From positions 6,187 through 70,186 of the forward strand of contig NIVC01003908.1 in NCBI GenBank assembly GCA_002269645.1: a DNA stretch of 64,000 nt, in the 5' to 3' direction. Made by a program: the position numbers and the translations under genes. This DNA is from Macrostomum lignano (taxonomy: Eukaryota). The notes beneath the pieces are model-generated. The model searched no databases. It was not told the DNA's origin and worked only from the letters and a program-made list of their open reading frames with translations. The stretch's first letter is position 1. Every line of letters begins with the position of its first letter. This document shows positions 21,215 to 34,167 of the stretch, in pieces.

Positions 21215-21650
21215 CACATTACGTAGTGAAGCGATTTGACCAACATAGCCTTGTACGTTCGATCAAACGATAAGAACGCATCGTTGCCAATCAGCTTCAG
21301 ATTTCGCTTCTCTAATAAATACCGGTGCACAGACGCGCGAAAACACGTGTCAGTGTACTTACAGCATATGGCTTTCCATCAGCTGTTTTTAACTGAACGG
21401 ACGAACAGGCGTAGATAGGAGTTGAGATACCTCACTGGCATATTCTCGATGTGATCAGGTAAATTCTCCGCGCGTAGAAACTCTTTTAGTTTGCGAATAT
21501 GCAATTCAGTTTGCTTAACCGTCGACTTCGTTTACTTTCTTGCTCCACATGTAGGCCAGCTTCTTCTTCTTCGGTCAATTCACGAAACAGGTTTCCAACG
21601 TGATCTTCCGGTGTAGGATTGCGTAGTTCCTCATCAATTAGCCTCTCTTG
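21215..21650 (-). pseudogene. Crypton-type tyrosine-recombinase transposon, N-terminal relic
   Basis: Manual reconstruction across small indels: FRELTEEE...TVKQT...LKEFL...IENMP..YLNSYLRLF...VKTADGKPYAVSTL..VFASVHRYLLEK...I..DAF. Confidence 0.65.
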
Positions 21651-21651
21651 C

Positions 21652-22960
21652 TCATCCGTCAGCCCTGTCCATCGAAGATGCCGTCACGGATTTTCTGACG
21701 GTGGAGGGCACGGAAGTCACGAGCGGTGATTGGAGGCCGGACCGACAACCGGACAGGTGGGCGAGCCAGCGGACGGGTGGGGTAGTTGTTCCATTGGCCC
21801 GGCCAACGCAACGCCTGCCGTTGGAAAGGCCAACGGATGTAGGCTTTGATAGCCGATGCAGCGCGGGTGCCTTTCTTGGCGACGGGGGCGAGGCGGGCCT
21901 TGGCGAAGAGGAGACGCGCAGGTGATCTGAGTTCCTGCCGGACGTAGACAGCGAAGCCGTAAGCACTAGGAGAGCCATCTGAGAACATGACGATGCGTAC
22001 CGACTGGCTGGCGTTTTAAATAGCAAAGTGGGGGACGCGGCGATCTCATTGAGCCGGAGGAGATCGGGCAGATCAGAGCTTTGCCCAAGCATCGCGAGTC
22101 ACCTGGCTGGCGGCCTCGTCTCAGGAAGTGGAGACCTGAAAGGCCTGACGACCAGCGTCGTCCCAGAAGACAACCAGCAAGAATGAGTGATGCAGTAGTC
22201 GACTGGATCGTAGGAGGTGTAGACACCTTGACAGAGTGTGCGGCAAGTCAACTTTCGGGACGCGACAAATTGGGCTTTTTGAGTCAGATTTTGTCGAAGG
22301 TTGGTATAGGCCCAAGAGGCCGACAAAATTGCCTGTGATGCTTTGTTCGTCGGGCAGACAGGGAGGTTGCTGGCGAAGCTCGCGGAGACCGTAGACGAGG
22401 CGGGCAGTGTCGTCTTCAATTTTGGCACCGACGACGAGGTTGTCGATGTAGAGGCCGCCGATAATGCGCTGTATTTCAAGGCGAATGAGGGCCGAATTCT
22501 CGGATATAATAGCGTCCCGACAAACTTTATGAAGGACTGCGAGCAGGATCCAAGGACTGGGCGAGGCACCCATGAGGCAGCCAGATCTCGAAGTTGCCCT
22601 GGACGAGTGGTTTTGTGATGTATACGGGAGGATGACGCGGAGGGCGTCACTGTGAGGCGCGTTGGCACCGATTTGGTAGAATGGGGCCTTGAGATCGGAC
22701 GTGATGGCGAAGCGATGGCTCCGATGTAGCGAGTTTAACAGGTTGGGCCCGGGCTCGAGGAAGTTGTTCAGTGTAGCACCGGTGAGAGAGGTCCTGGCGG
22801 AGGCATCGACGACGGGGCGGATACTCGTTGAGTGCGAACGCTCGTTCTTGACGACTGGAAAGTGGGGTAATCGGGAAAATAGGTTTCAATAGTCTGGGCG
22901 GCTGACTTTGCCGGCGGCGGGCCGCTGCATGGCTTCGACGTGCGGCTGCCCCGCAACAGG
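21652..22960 (-). pseudogene. Bel/Pao retrotransposon RT-RNase H relic
   Basis: MGASPSPWIL, LYIDNLVVG, FSDGSPSAYG.AVYVR and LLFAKARLAP. Confidence 0.85.
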
Positions 22961-23021
22961 GGCCGCTTCAGCTGTGTTGTGGTCGTCCTAAGACTGATGC
23001 GTGCCTTGACTGAGCGTGAGC

Positions 23022-23200
23022 TTGTTCACAGATCATAAACCCCTAGCTCAGGCCTTCCACGCCAATCGCACCACAACACTAATACTGTCTTGTCCGAGTA
23101 ACGTGGCAGATGTCCTGCAGTACATTCGCGGTGCAGACAAGACAACGTAATAGCTGATACCCTTTCTCGACTGTCTGAATTTCAGTGGAAGACTACGTTT
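23022..23200 (+). pseudogene. Ty3/gypsy RNase H C-terminal fragment
   Basis: LFTDHKPLAQAF, then YIRGAD..NVIADTLSR. Confidence 0.75.
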
Positions 23201-24708
23201 CCAAATTGCAACAGCTGATGTAGTCGCTGCCACATCAACTCGGTCGATCTGTTGAGTATCTCTGAAGCACAACGACCGGAGCGTTCTCATCTGCTAGCTG
23301 CACCATCTGCACTGTATAGATATTTCGTTGTACTTTTTATTTGCGACTCAATGTGTCTCTCTAGTCGAGTTTGTGAAACCCATACGCTATACACCAGTCA
23401 TTATTTTCTGATAGACTATTTCCTTTTACACTTCGTTCTCGGCTTCTTGCAGTGCATGTATGTGCCCCAACATTTTTTATCGTTAACTCGCAAAGCAAAT
23501 ACAAATCAACATTGACTCAAGAATCTAGAAACTTGTAGTTTCGCTACAGTTAGATAAATGGTATATATTCCCCATTTATACCAGTGCTCGGGCAATAGAC
23601 CATTTTACCCTTGATTTTGAACAAGGAGAACTTCGAAACTGACAAACTCCTCTTCAGCATTGATACATGTACTCTATGGTCGGGCACTCAAAATCTACAA
23701 TCAATATTGACAGATCAAGCTTCATGTCTGTATGTCAGCCTCTGCGTATATCACTGGAACTTAGACTATTGCACAAGTGCAATTGTCAAATGGTTACAAT
23801 TTCATGTTGAATCGATTTCATTTTAAAATATAAAGTTCTCGTTTATTTGCACTCTGTGCCGGTGCAAATAAATCATTTATCTGCACCGGTGCAGATAAAC
23901 GAAATAAACCATTAGAACATAGACTACTGCACCAGGCTCTATCGTATCCATCTTTCTTGAAATTTCCGCGGCGCTTAAACAACATGCTTCCCGAAAATTC
24001 CCGAACCTTCTATGAAATTATCTTTAAATAAAAAGCACCCGGCACTGCTAACTGCATTACTCAAGCCTAAATTTTCCATACGGAACCACCGCCTTTACGC
24101 CTCATTTATTTAAATTGTTACACCCCCATCACGTGTCTAATTCTTTTACTCCCCCCTAGCAGTCAGCAGCTCCTTAAGTAAGTAACCTTTATTTATTTAT
24201 TGGGTTAAATAGCTTTCCAGCTATCTGAACCATTTACATAGATATCGGCTTTCTAGGCCTATATATAAAATTAATTTATATTTTATATATAAGTCATTAG
24301 GGGATTAGCCTTTTTATTATATTAGTTTAGGGCCTAGGCCCTACTTTATAAACTTTAAGTTTTAGCTAGAGCCAGTTATAATCTCTTTTATAGATACCTC
24401 TTATCTCTCAAGGTATAGGCCCTAGCTTGGTTCAGTCTTAGCTCTAGGCCTATTTTTTTCTCAAAAATTATTGACATATATATATACTAAACTAGTTGCA
24501 TCAGAAAATTTATTTGTTCCCTAAGACTTAAAATCAATTTATAAAATTCTAACACCCTTTGCTTCTAGTTAGTTTATCTCTAGATTTATTTTTTGTGAAT
24601 TAAGAACAAGGTATTAGAGGTTTCTAGTATAATTTTTTTAAGTAAGTAGGCCTATATGGCTATATAATATTTTTAGGATTTTCACTAACTAGCAGTGTTG
24701 CCATAGCT

Positions 24709-25096
24709 AGGGTGTCCAGTGAACCTTTTTTTAGCATATGCAAAAACAAAAAAATGGTGAAAAAGTTGTCTTCTTTAAATGGTTGTAACTTTTCAAATAA
24801 TTAAAATATTGCTATATTCTTATGTTTGTTGAAAAATAGACAAATATATCTTTCAAATGACATATAGTTTTCATGTTTAGGACATGATTACAAAGATACA
24901 GACTGTCAAACATTGTATAAATTTTTATAAATTTTCAAAACTGCTAAATGTGCATGAAAAATTAAAAATATAGGGTTGGAAGGATTTGTTTTTAGCAAAT
25001 AAGTGCATAACTGCTAAGAATGCTTGCACACTGAGTGTAGGTATAGGTAACTTCCTGGAGATCATTTTAAGTGAAATTTTTTTATTTAAGAATATG

Positions 25097-25147
<51 letters not shown>

Positions 25148-27530
25148 TAAAATGGCCATAACTTTTGAATGGAAAGAGGGGCCACCCTGATTCTTTTTGC
25201 TACTTACTTCTAGTGACAAAAATGAAACTTTTAGACAAAATAGGATGATTGTAACTCTTGCTGCAATATACTTAATAGAAATTGTCAAAATGAATGCAAA
25301 TCCCCATAAGAGACATAAAAAAATGGGGAATTTTTTGAAGCTCAAAATAAGGGCCAGTTAGTTTCTTTGATAAAATGATAACAAAACAGGCCAAACTCTG
25401 TCATAAAGGCAAATCCTAATAACTTTTGCCACCAAAGTTATTAAGCATAATTGGCATAGGTGTACATGCAAAATACACTACAGGAAAATGTATATTGAGG
25501 GGTTTTACATTCAAAAAGAAGTTATGTATGCAATTTTTTCTTCAAAAATGGATAGTAAGACTTACAATATATTTTATCTTTTATGCATTTCTCAATAATC
25601 CATCTTTTATCTGCCAATCTTGCAGATCCCATACACACTACACCTACAATATCTGCTATGAGCACTTGACAAGCTTATGTGCTGCTTTGTGCTACTGTAC
25701 AATCACCTCTATCATTTTAGCTGGGCCCAAAGATTGCGCACAGCTTCTTGAAGGCTTGCATAGGTGTCCCTCTCTTCTTAAAGGGAGCAGGCAACAGTAG
25801 CAGCAGAGAAATGTTAGCAAACTAGTATCCAGAAGTTGACTCTGGCATAATTGTAGCTGGGACCACTGCAAGAAAGACAAATGCTTGGTCCATATAGATA
25901 ACCCAAGGACTCTGCTTGCTAGCAGCTTCCTGGCACACATTCAACCTCAGCAAGTCTCGCACCTTTTCCTTCACTTTCATTACTGCTTCCTACAACCACA
26001 GATTATAAAGTTATAAAGTACATTTGGTTTAGTGTCTGTAAACAGACTAAGACATTCTGCCAAGCTAATTAAAAGCATTAAAATGTACTAGCTGAGTAAA
26101 AGCTGAGCTGACTAAAAAGGTTCTCAGTTGATTTGGCTACTTGCAGATAAAGTGGGATGGGGATATGGGAGCAGACAAATTGATTGTCATACTCTCATAC
26201 ATGTACATGTACATACACAATGTAATCACACTATGTATTGCCCTTAAGATTGTTAGATTGGCTATGAGCAAGTTACCAATCCAATACTCTATTGCCGAAC
26301 TGATGTCCTGTCCTAGCAAACTGTTGCACAGTTGGTGACTTGAGTCTCCAGCTGCCAGGACATGTCATCCAAGCTGATTTGTACTGCCAGCAGCTGGTGC
26401 AGATGTTGCTGATGCTGCAGGCACCTTAATACTGGAGAGGAAAGGCACACACTCGCATTTTGTTGACTGCCTGCTGGCTGATGCAGCTGACACCCTGGAT
26501 ACTGCTGATGGTGCAACCTATATTTGTGTCAAGGCCCTAAAACCCACTGCAATATTGTCTTGATCATGCCTGATTGGCTTGACTGTTAGTAATTGCAATT
26601 GTAATACTGTAGTAGACTCATAGTACAATGAGAAAGCCAGCATAGCAGACAAAATGCTTTTTCAGATATTTGCTGACAAATGAACTACCGATGAATTGGT
26701 AGCAGACAAATTGATTGGAGTACCATGAAAAGCTATTGTGCTAAAAAGTGGACATAGTGAACAAGTAAATGAATCAAATGATGCAGGTAAACTATAAAGG
26801 TAGATTCAATTGCTGAATTTGGGCATGGCCTTTTCAAACATAAAAGTACATGAGTTAGTGACATACAAGCTTAGTAAAGCTTTAATTCATTACAGTTATC
26901 AGATAGACTACAAAAATGTTTTGAATGACTCTAGCATGAAGATAGTTAAGATTAATATTGACAGGAGCTATATAGATTTTTAGACAACATAGATATCCAG
27001 AGTGGTATTTTGGAGGACCCATTTTCATGGAAATAATGGTCAACCATTTACATACTACTTACAGTAGGAAGTAAAAAATCTTACTAACTACAGTATACAA
27101 GTATTACTTTGACATGAAAGTAATTTAAAATAAGGTAAATAGAAAGTATACCACGAAAAAATTTCTTTACCTTTTTAGTCCTAATCCCTAGATATCTACA
27201 TATATAAAACAGTATATATAAATATAAAATATCAGAAAATGTTGTGGCAACAAAAATTTATAAAATAACACTTAAAACACTAAAATTGGATATAAAATAA
27301 AAGTTACAAACATTTTACTGCAAAAAATGCTTTTTGCCTAAAAATGGCACAGTTTTTAGTGTATTTGAGATAGGAAAAAACAACATTTTTTGAAATGAAA
27401 AACTTTATAACTTTTTTATTACTGAATAAATTTTCAAAAGTCTAGTGTCATTTCACTCATATCATCCAGGGCTGTAACATGACATAGTGAAAAATTTAGA
27501 TTTAAATTTTTTTTTGCACTGGACCCCTTA
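24709..27530. mobile_element. 2.8-kb DNA transposon with short TIRs and 7-8-bp TSD, superfamily unassigned
   Basis: CCATAGCT flanks both sides (24701-08 and 27531-38). Ends (T)AGGGTGTCCAGTG and CACTGGACCCCTTA. Decayed coding-like core at ~25.6-26.5 kb. Confidence 0.7.
25097..25142. repeat. (AT)n microsatellite
   Basis: Direct observation. Confidence 0.95.
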
Positions 27531-27842
27531 CCATAGCTGCACAAATTTTGTGCAATGCGTAAATAATATGCAAGATCCTAAATTTCTGCACAAATCAGAC
27601 TTTTTTGGATTGTTGACAATCTGGCAATAGCAAAATGTTCAATTCTACTTTAAATGATTATACATTGATATTTCATTTGTCAATTATGGCTGCTCTTTGT
27701 TTGTACTTAAAATTAAACATTCAGGGAGCATGAGAATTTGCCTGGCTGGCTTCCTGTGTTAAATTTATCAAAGAAAATCGCATATCTGCTAATAGCTTTC
27801 CTTTTTATAATTTCTTTCTTAAGGTAAACAAACAGTCACAAG

Positions 27843-28125
27843 AAATTTCTTGCAGGAAAATCTTTCTACTGGAAAAAGTCTGTGCGGGAAAAATCGTGTG
27901 GGAAAATCTCGGCAGTAAAAGCTTGGCAGGAAAATCTCAACAGGGAAATTTCCTGCGGGAACTCTCGCTATGGTAAAAACTTGTTGCGGGAGAATCTTGT
28001 GCAGGGAAAGTTCCGTTGTGCAACAAAAATTTTCGTTGCGGGAAAAACTTGCTATGGGAAAATCTCATGCAGGCAAAACTTGTGCGAGAAAGCTCCGCAG
28101 GAAAAATTCCTGCGGGAAATTCTTA
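27843..28125. repeat. Degenerate satellite of GCGGGAAAA/GCAGGAAAA units
   Basis: More than 10 recurrences at ~20-bp spacing. Confidence 0.7.
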
Positions 28126-28980
28126 TAGACCCCTATTTTCATACTATTTTGTTAATTTTCAAGCATTTAAAAGCATTTGATTTATCATTTGATTCATTTA
28201 GAAAAGATTTTTAGGGATTTAAAAGTTTTGAAAGTTGTTACTTAGAAAAAATTAGAACAAGAAAAAGGATGCTGGATTGAATTTCTTCATTTGTTTCTTC
28301 ATTTTGCTAATAACAATCAGCTTAGGTTTCTATCTGCACAAATTTTTCACCCTGTGCAAAAAATAATTTTGTTGTGAGTGGCAGCATGCTAATTAGGATG
28401 TCTAGTAAGCTATTTTTTCTCCATAGGGTATGTAGAAAAGTGAAAAAATGACAAATTCAAATGCATATTAGACATACTCAGGATCATGTTAGATGCATAC
28501 TGGAATGTATACTAGAGAGTTTTTGTTTGTATACCTATTGCATTTCATTATTGCTTACTACACATCATGTATGTCATTGACAATAATTAACAATAGGCTT
28601 ACAAACAATAGCAAAAAAATACATTCAAACATTACATGTAAAAATGCATAAGAAAAAACAAAGCTTAAAAAATTATAACCTTATGAGACTAAACTAAAGC
28701 TATTTGCAGCAATATAAAAAATTTGTAGCTTTTCAAAGTTATGCAGAGTTTTGCTAGAATTTGAAATTGAAGCAAAATGTAAAAATGAGAAGTTGTTTTT
28801 GCAAATTTGAACCTATATAAAAAGTTTAAAAAAAAATTTAATGAATCATTTTTAATGATAACTCCAGTCTTAGGATAGTAAACATGTAATAGTTGTTTAC
28901 AAACTGTTTTTTGATGAAACTTTTATGTGAATTCATAAGAGTACATAAAAATTTGGCACATCATTTTAAACTGGCTTGTG

Positions 28981-29750
28981 TTAGAATATTTCTACTACAC
29001 CTTGCACTATCTTCATAGTGCTTTGTACAGAAGGCCACATAGAAGCAACTTGATTAGCCTTGATGTGCCACTGTACATCATTATTAGCCTGCAACTGAGT
29101 TTCATCAGCATTATCATTGGAGTCGGAGTCAATACCACCTTGATTCTCAATAGCTGTAGCTTGATCCTCTAGTGCCTCATTCTCAATCACGGCTGTAAAC
29201 AAAGTAATATAAATTATATTGCAGATAGCCAGGTAAACACCATGGGCAATGCACAATTGCTGCTCGCAATCAATAAGCTTTTCAAATTTTACCATAATCG
29301 TTGTACTATTGGTGGTGTAGCATATGATGTCATTGTGGAGGTGCAACCCAAAACGTTTTAGCTGCTCAGAGACCAGTGCTGTCAGTGCCTTAGCAGAGAA
29401 AGAGCCTTTGATACGAACAAGGCCTAAGTTTTGAAACTTTTGATCAGGCATGTGAACATTAATGTTCACGTACCTATTGCTATTAAGGCCCATCCACTCA
29501 TCCAGTGTCAAAGAAAAGTGCTCACCAGCACTCCTCAGTTGTAGCAGATAATCTTGGATTCTGCCTTCAATTACTTAAGCATAATCCATTTTATAAGCCT
29601 TGATGATTTCATGCGAGGCAGGCAAGTGAAAACCACAAGCCTCCATCCCAATCAAATGTTCTTGGAAGTCACCATTAGCAAGAATGACAGCCCATGCTTG
29701 GCAATCATACGCGAAAGAATTTGCTTTAAAGCAGTGCCTTTGTTCACGAA
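28981..29750 (-). pseudogene. hAT transposase relic
   Basis: TLDEW (first catalytic D), ICYTTN..TIMVK and CIAHGVYLAI (CxxH). Confidence 0.8.
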
Positions 29751-29754
29751 ATTC

Positions 29755-30280
29755 CTAGTTCACGTGAAAACTTACTAATCTTGTTTTCCGAGAAATTACC
29801 ATTTTGTGGCAATGCAGGGTAAAGATTATCACTGATTTCATGCTGGACTGATCGTACTGTTCGTAGCGTCCTATGCTATTCGAATTCCTCAAAGTGACGA
29901 TAATGTACCTTGGATTGCTACAGGAACCCTCTTTAATGCAGATATTGTGTAGAATCATTCCGCTCATCTCTGCACATATAAGCTGTATAAGCAACATCAA
30001 TGTCTTTTTCAATCGCCCTCAAGTATTCAGCTTTGAGTGCAGTCTTGGGCTCAATAATTTCTAAGTACAGCTTTACGCCAGTTAGCTTAATCTCCATCGA
30101 TGTATGATTAGCCCCTGACCAAATTCCTCTGTTCCGATCATCTCTAGTCAGTCTAAATGTGTAGCTAAAATTGCTTGTCAGTCGATTAAAACTATTACAG
30201 AAACCGCTCATAAATGTCTTGACGGCACAAAAATGTCTACGGACCTATACAGTGCTTTTCTTACAGCATCAGTTGCAGCC
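29755..30280 (-). pseudogene. Family A-related MCP fragment
   Basis: MSGFCNSFNRLTSNFSYTF...IEKDIDVAYTAYMCRDERN is nearly identical to 6846-8132. Confidence 0.9.
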
Positions 30281-30973
30281 ACGAGAGGGTAATTGTATTG
30301 TATTGTATTGTGGGTTTTGTATTGCATGCTCCTAATAAAGAACTTGGAAGACTGCTGAAAGAGCTGGGGGTTGAGAGAGTAGAATGATTCAAGCAAGAAA
30401 ATTCAGCTCATTTTTTGGATTGTCGGGTGTTTGGAAGAGAGAACCAGGAGGGGGGTTTATATTGCACGCGCCAAAAAGAGACTGCATACATTGACAATGC
30501 ATTTCCCAGTATTTAAGACAGTTTTCCGACAGTTTCTGTTGAGCAAAAAGATTTCGACAGTTATTAAAACAAAGAGGTTCACAACAACTATTTGCACCGT
30601 TTGCAGATTTTGCAGCATCTATTGACCCATTAACAGTGTTGCAATTAATCCAGCACCTGAACCAGCTTGAGCTATTCGAGGTAGATTATCTTTAACTAAA
30701 TTTTCTGCAGAAGTTTAGAAATCTAGAATTCCTTCTCCTTCATAACTATAATGTTTTTTTTTATTCTGTTAAAAAATCATTGGCATTTTTATAATGAAAA
30801 AATTGACGACAAAAAATATTTTCAATCCAAAGATCTTTCGATTGGATAACTGTTTTAGATAACTGTTTTACAAAAACTTGAGGTAAAAGTGACTCTAGTG
30901 AGTCAACATGTTTTCAAAAAGTTGGTATTTGTATTTTTTGTGTGAAAACACAATCCTATAGTAGACTATAATC

Positions 30974-31458
30974 TTAAAGTAGAATAATAAGCCAGTTCAT
31001 TGATTTTTTGTCGCGCGCTTTTTTAGGTTCGCTGGGAAAGTCGCGACAGTCGGTTGCCTTGAGGTTGTGCTTGAGCTTCAGGTTGAGCTTGAGCTTGAGC
31101 TTGAGGTTGAGCTTGAGCTTGAGCTTGAGGTTGAGCTTGAGGTTGAGCTTGAGGTTGAACTTCTTGGTATGGTGGCGGTGGTAGTGACAACTCAATGTTG
31201 CGGATGTTGCAAGTCTGCAGAGTGACTGCTTCTTGCTCGTCATAGTTTCTTTGGCGTGCTAGTTCTTGTTTAAATCGTCTTAAATTTTGGATGAATCTTT
31301 CGGTCTTCTTTAGCACTTTTGAAGTGTCTAGGAGAACCTGGTCGTCCATTTGATAAAATAGTTTCGGGCTTTAGGGCTGCTAAGACATTTCTATAAAGCG
31401 CAGCAGCTGTCATCTGCGCCGTAGCTCGCCTAGCTCTAACTGTGGCAAGGCCAGACAT
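30974..31458 (-). pseudogene. PPPY-motif protein with QPQA repeats, frameshifted
   Basis: AALKPETIL and LPPPPYQ resemble AGLDPETLI and SPPPPYQ in 52911-53345. TATA-like box ~65 bp upstream. Confidence 0.5.
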
Positions 31459-31964
31459 TTTCGAGTGAATTTTTTTGTGAGAAGCGCAGCGAAAGCTGAG
31501 TGATTAAAAAAATCTACCCAATATATAAGGCTGCAGAAACATAGCTTCCCCTTTTGAGAACAATAGATATTGTACGGAGGGACGAAATTTGGTGTACAAA
31601 GGGGTGAGGGCAGCCACACAAAGGAATGCAATCCTTTCTGTCAGAATTCTAACTGGCTGTCAAAAATTTGCCGCGTTTCTGAAAATTTCCGTCAGACTGA
31701 CAGATATTTGACGCATTAAAACACTCATCATTTACTATAAGTAGTTTTTTAATCCTTCTCTTCGCTATCAAGAGCTATTATTCTTAAGTAATAATCCTCT
31801 TCCTTCTCTTCAAATTCACTTATTTTTGCAATTTGTAAAATGAGCTCTCAAAATAATTCTCTCTTAAATCATAAATTCCTTTCTGTTTTACTTCCTCAAT
31901 CTGTTTTGATTTTTCTAGAAAACGTCTTTACTAAAAGCCAACTCTGTAGCTGGAGGACAGATGC

Positions 31965-32360
31965 TAGTAGAGAAACCAAATCCAGTGAAAAGAGTTGTAT
32001 TGAGTAATAAGGAGATTCACGAGATTGTGCTACAGTTTGAGACTGAAGATGGGGTGGGTGTTATTTTCAACGGTGAAGAGTTTGTATTGACGTTAATCAT
32101 TGGGAGAATATAAGAAAAAATTACAATTGCCTAATGATTTCTGCAAAGTTATAGTAGCTGTCTTAATCTTTTACGTAGGTTACTCCATACTTGAGAAACC
32201 AGTGTCTTTAGAGAGCTAGAATAATATTAGGGACATTGATATCAACGCCGGGCCAATATTTTCTCATGTATTCGCTGCATTCTAGTTTGCATCAGTACTT
32301 ACTCTTGTAATTAGGCTCGTGCGCTTTGTAATAAGAACCTGTAGAGACGATTGGAAGCAT
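31965..32360. pseudogene. Family A relic: penton 3' end (+) and decayed 79-aa TIR ORF (32121-32360, -)
   Basis: High identity to 8875-9262, with three in-frame stops in the small ORF. Confidence 0.9.
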
Positions 32361-33190
32361 TTTTATTGAGAATTTAATTTTTTTCGGAGGATGAGCACCC
32401 TGGTTTGGGCATTGGCGCTAATTTGATTGTCTTGGCACACTTTTGCAAGGCTGGGAGGCTCCTTAGGAGACTGATATTTTTCATAATAAATGTAGAGAGG
32501 TTAGAGTAAGTTAGAAGAGATTAGAATAATTTTTGGAGAGACCCTTTTCTTCGGGAATAATAAAGTTATTATTGTGGCTCTGATAATTTTTGTCCTAGAA
32601 TACTATACTCACAGAATGCAACTCACAAACTGATCTGGAATAATAAAAAGTAGAGAATTTAGAATATGGAGACATATTTTTGTGAGGGGCAGGTACCCTT
32701 TTTCCTGATCGATTTGGGAAGAATAAAGTTAATCGTTTGTGCATTATGGAGGCTGCGATAATTTTTGTCCTAGATTGCCCCTTTCGCATACTACTGAGAA
32801 GCGAGGAAACAGAAGAGAAGATAGAAGTTTCAAAGGATCACAATTCTTTGTCCTAATAATAATTCTGTAATAGTAATAATAATGATAATCAAAAAAAATA
32901 ATTGATATTACTTGATAATAATAATATAATAATAATTCTTTGTCCTAAGAGGGACATAGGGAGTGTCAGGCAGAAACCAGAGTTTGCCAATACATGTTTT
33001 CCCCAAATCCTAATTTTACACGAATATGTAAACTTCGTGCAGTGTGCAAAATTTGCAAAAACTAGCACAAAAATGCATTTTTAAATTAAAACTTCTATAG
33101 TGCTGCTTCAGTTGTACCAATCTTTTTCAATATGGACGCATTCAATCTTCAACTATTTTAATGCAATTGTTAAAAATTTTGATTTTTAAA

Positions 33191-34167
33191 TAGGGATGTT
33201 GATTCCCCGGGGAATTTCCTTATCGGGGACCCCGGGGAATTTACTATCATTCCCTGGGGACCCGGGGAAAAGAAAAAATAAGTAAACAACGGCGGATAAC
33301 TAAGTGTTAACTGGCATTTTTTAACTTTGATTTAAGCTTTGGACTAAATGTTTAAAGCGCAAGGGTAAAACAATGCTTAAACAATGCTTATTTAAAATTG
33401 TATTTTATGTGGCATCACCAAATCGTGCGCGCACCTTTGTCAGAAAGAGTCCGGAGGCGGAAAATGTTCGCTCAGCAGCTACACTCTTGGGAGGAACCGA
33501 TAGTCGGGCCTAGGGCATTATATAACAACTGGAAAGCAGCAGCAATCGGCAATAAAAAGCGAGCAATCAGCAAAAAAAGGTCTGCTACAGCAGATTGGTG
33601 CTGTGTTCTACAGCCTGATATGCTGTCTGCTACAGCTTGATGCTATCTGCTGCTGTCAGCTACTACCTGCTTCCTGGTGCTATCTATTGATTATCGCTTC
33701 AATATAGTTGTCTGCTTCTTTTTTCTCTGTCTGCTGCCTGCTGCTTTTTTCTGTCTGCTGCCTGCTGCCTTCAGCTGCCTTCTGCTTTCTGCTGCAGTCT
33801 GCTGCCATATCATACTGTCTACTGATGTCTGTTGCTATCTGGTGCTGGGTAGCTACTCCACTACTGCTGCTTCTGCCGATTCTTGAAAGTGTCGCAACAG
33901 TGCTAGCTTAGACAACGTGGCATCACCTAATCGTGCGCGCACCTTTGTCAGAAAGAGCCCGGAGGCGGAAAATGTTCGCTCAGCAGCTACGCTCATGGGA
34001 GGAACTGAAAGTAGGGCATTGTATAGCAACTATACATAAAGAATTATTCTTATTTAAATGGCAAAATGAAATTACAAATGCTTTTTAAAATATTTTTTCC
34101 CCCGGGGTCCCCGGTCCAATTCCCCGGGGAGTATTCCCCGACAAGCTCCCCGGGATCGACATCCCTA
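33191..34167. mobile_element. hAT-type MITE with CCCCGGGG subterminal motifs
   Basis: TIRs TAGGGATGTTGATT and TCGACATCCCTA; flanks TTTTTAAA and GTTTCAAA match 6/8. Confidence 0.75.

Noticed and set aside
27882-28214. 110-aa Cys/Lys-rich protein
   Set aside because: Translation of a degenerate satellite.
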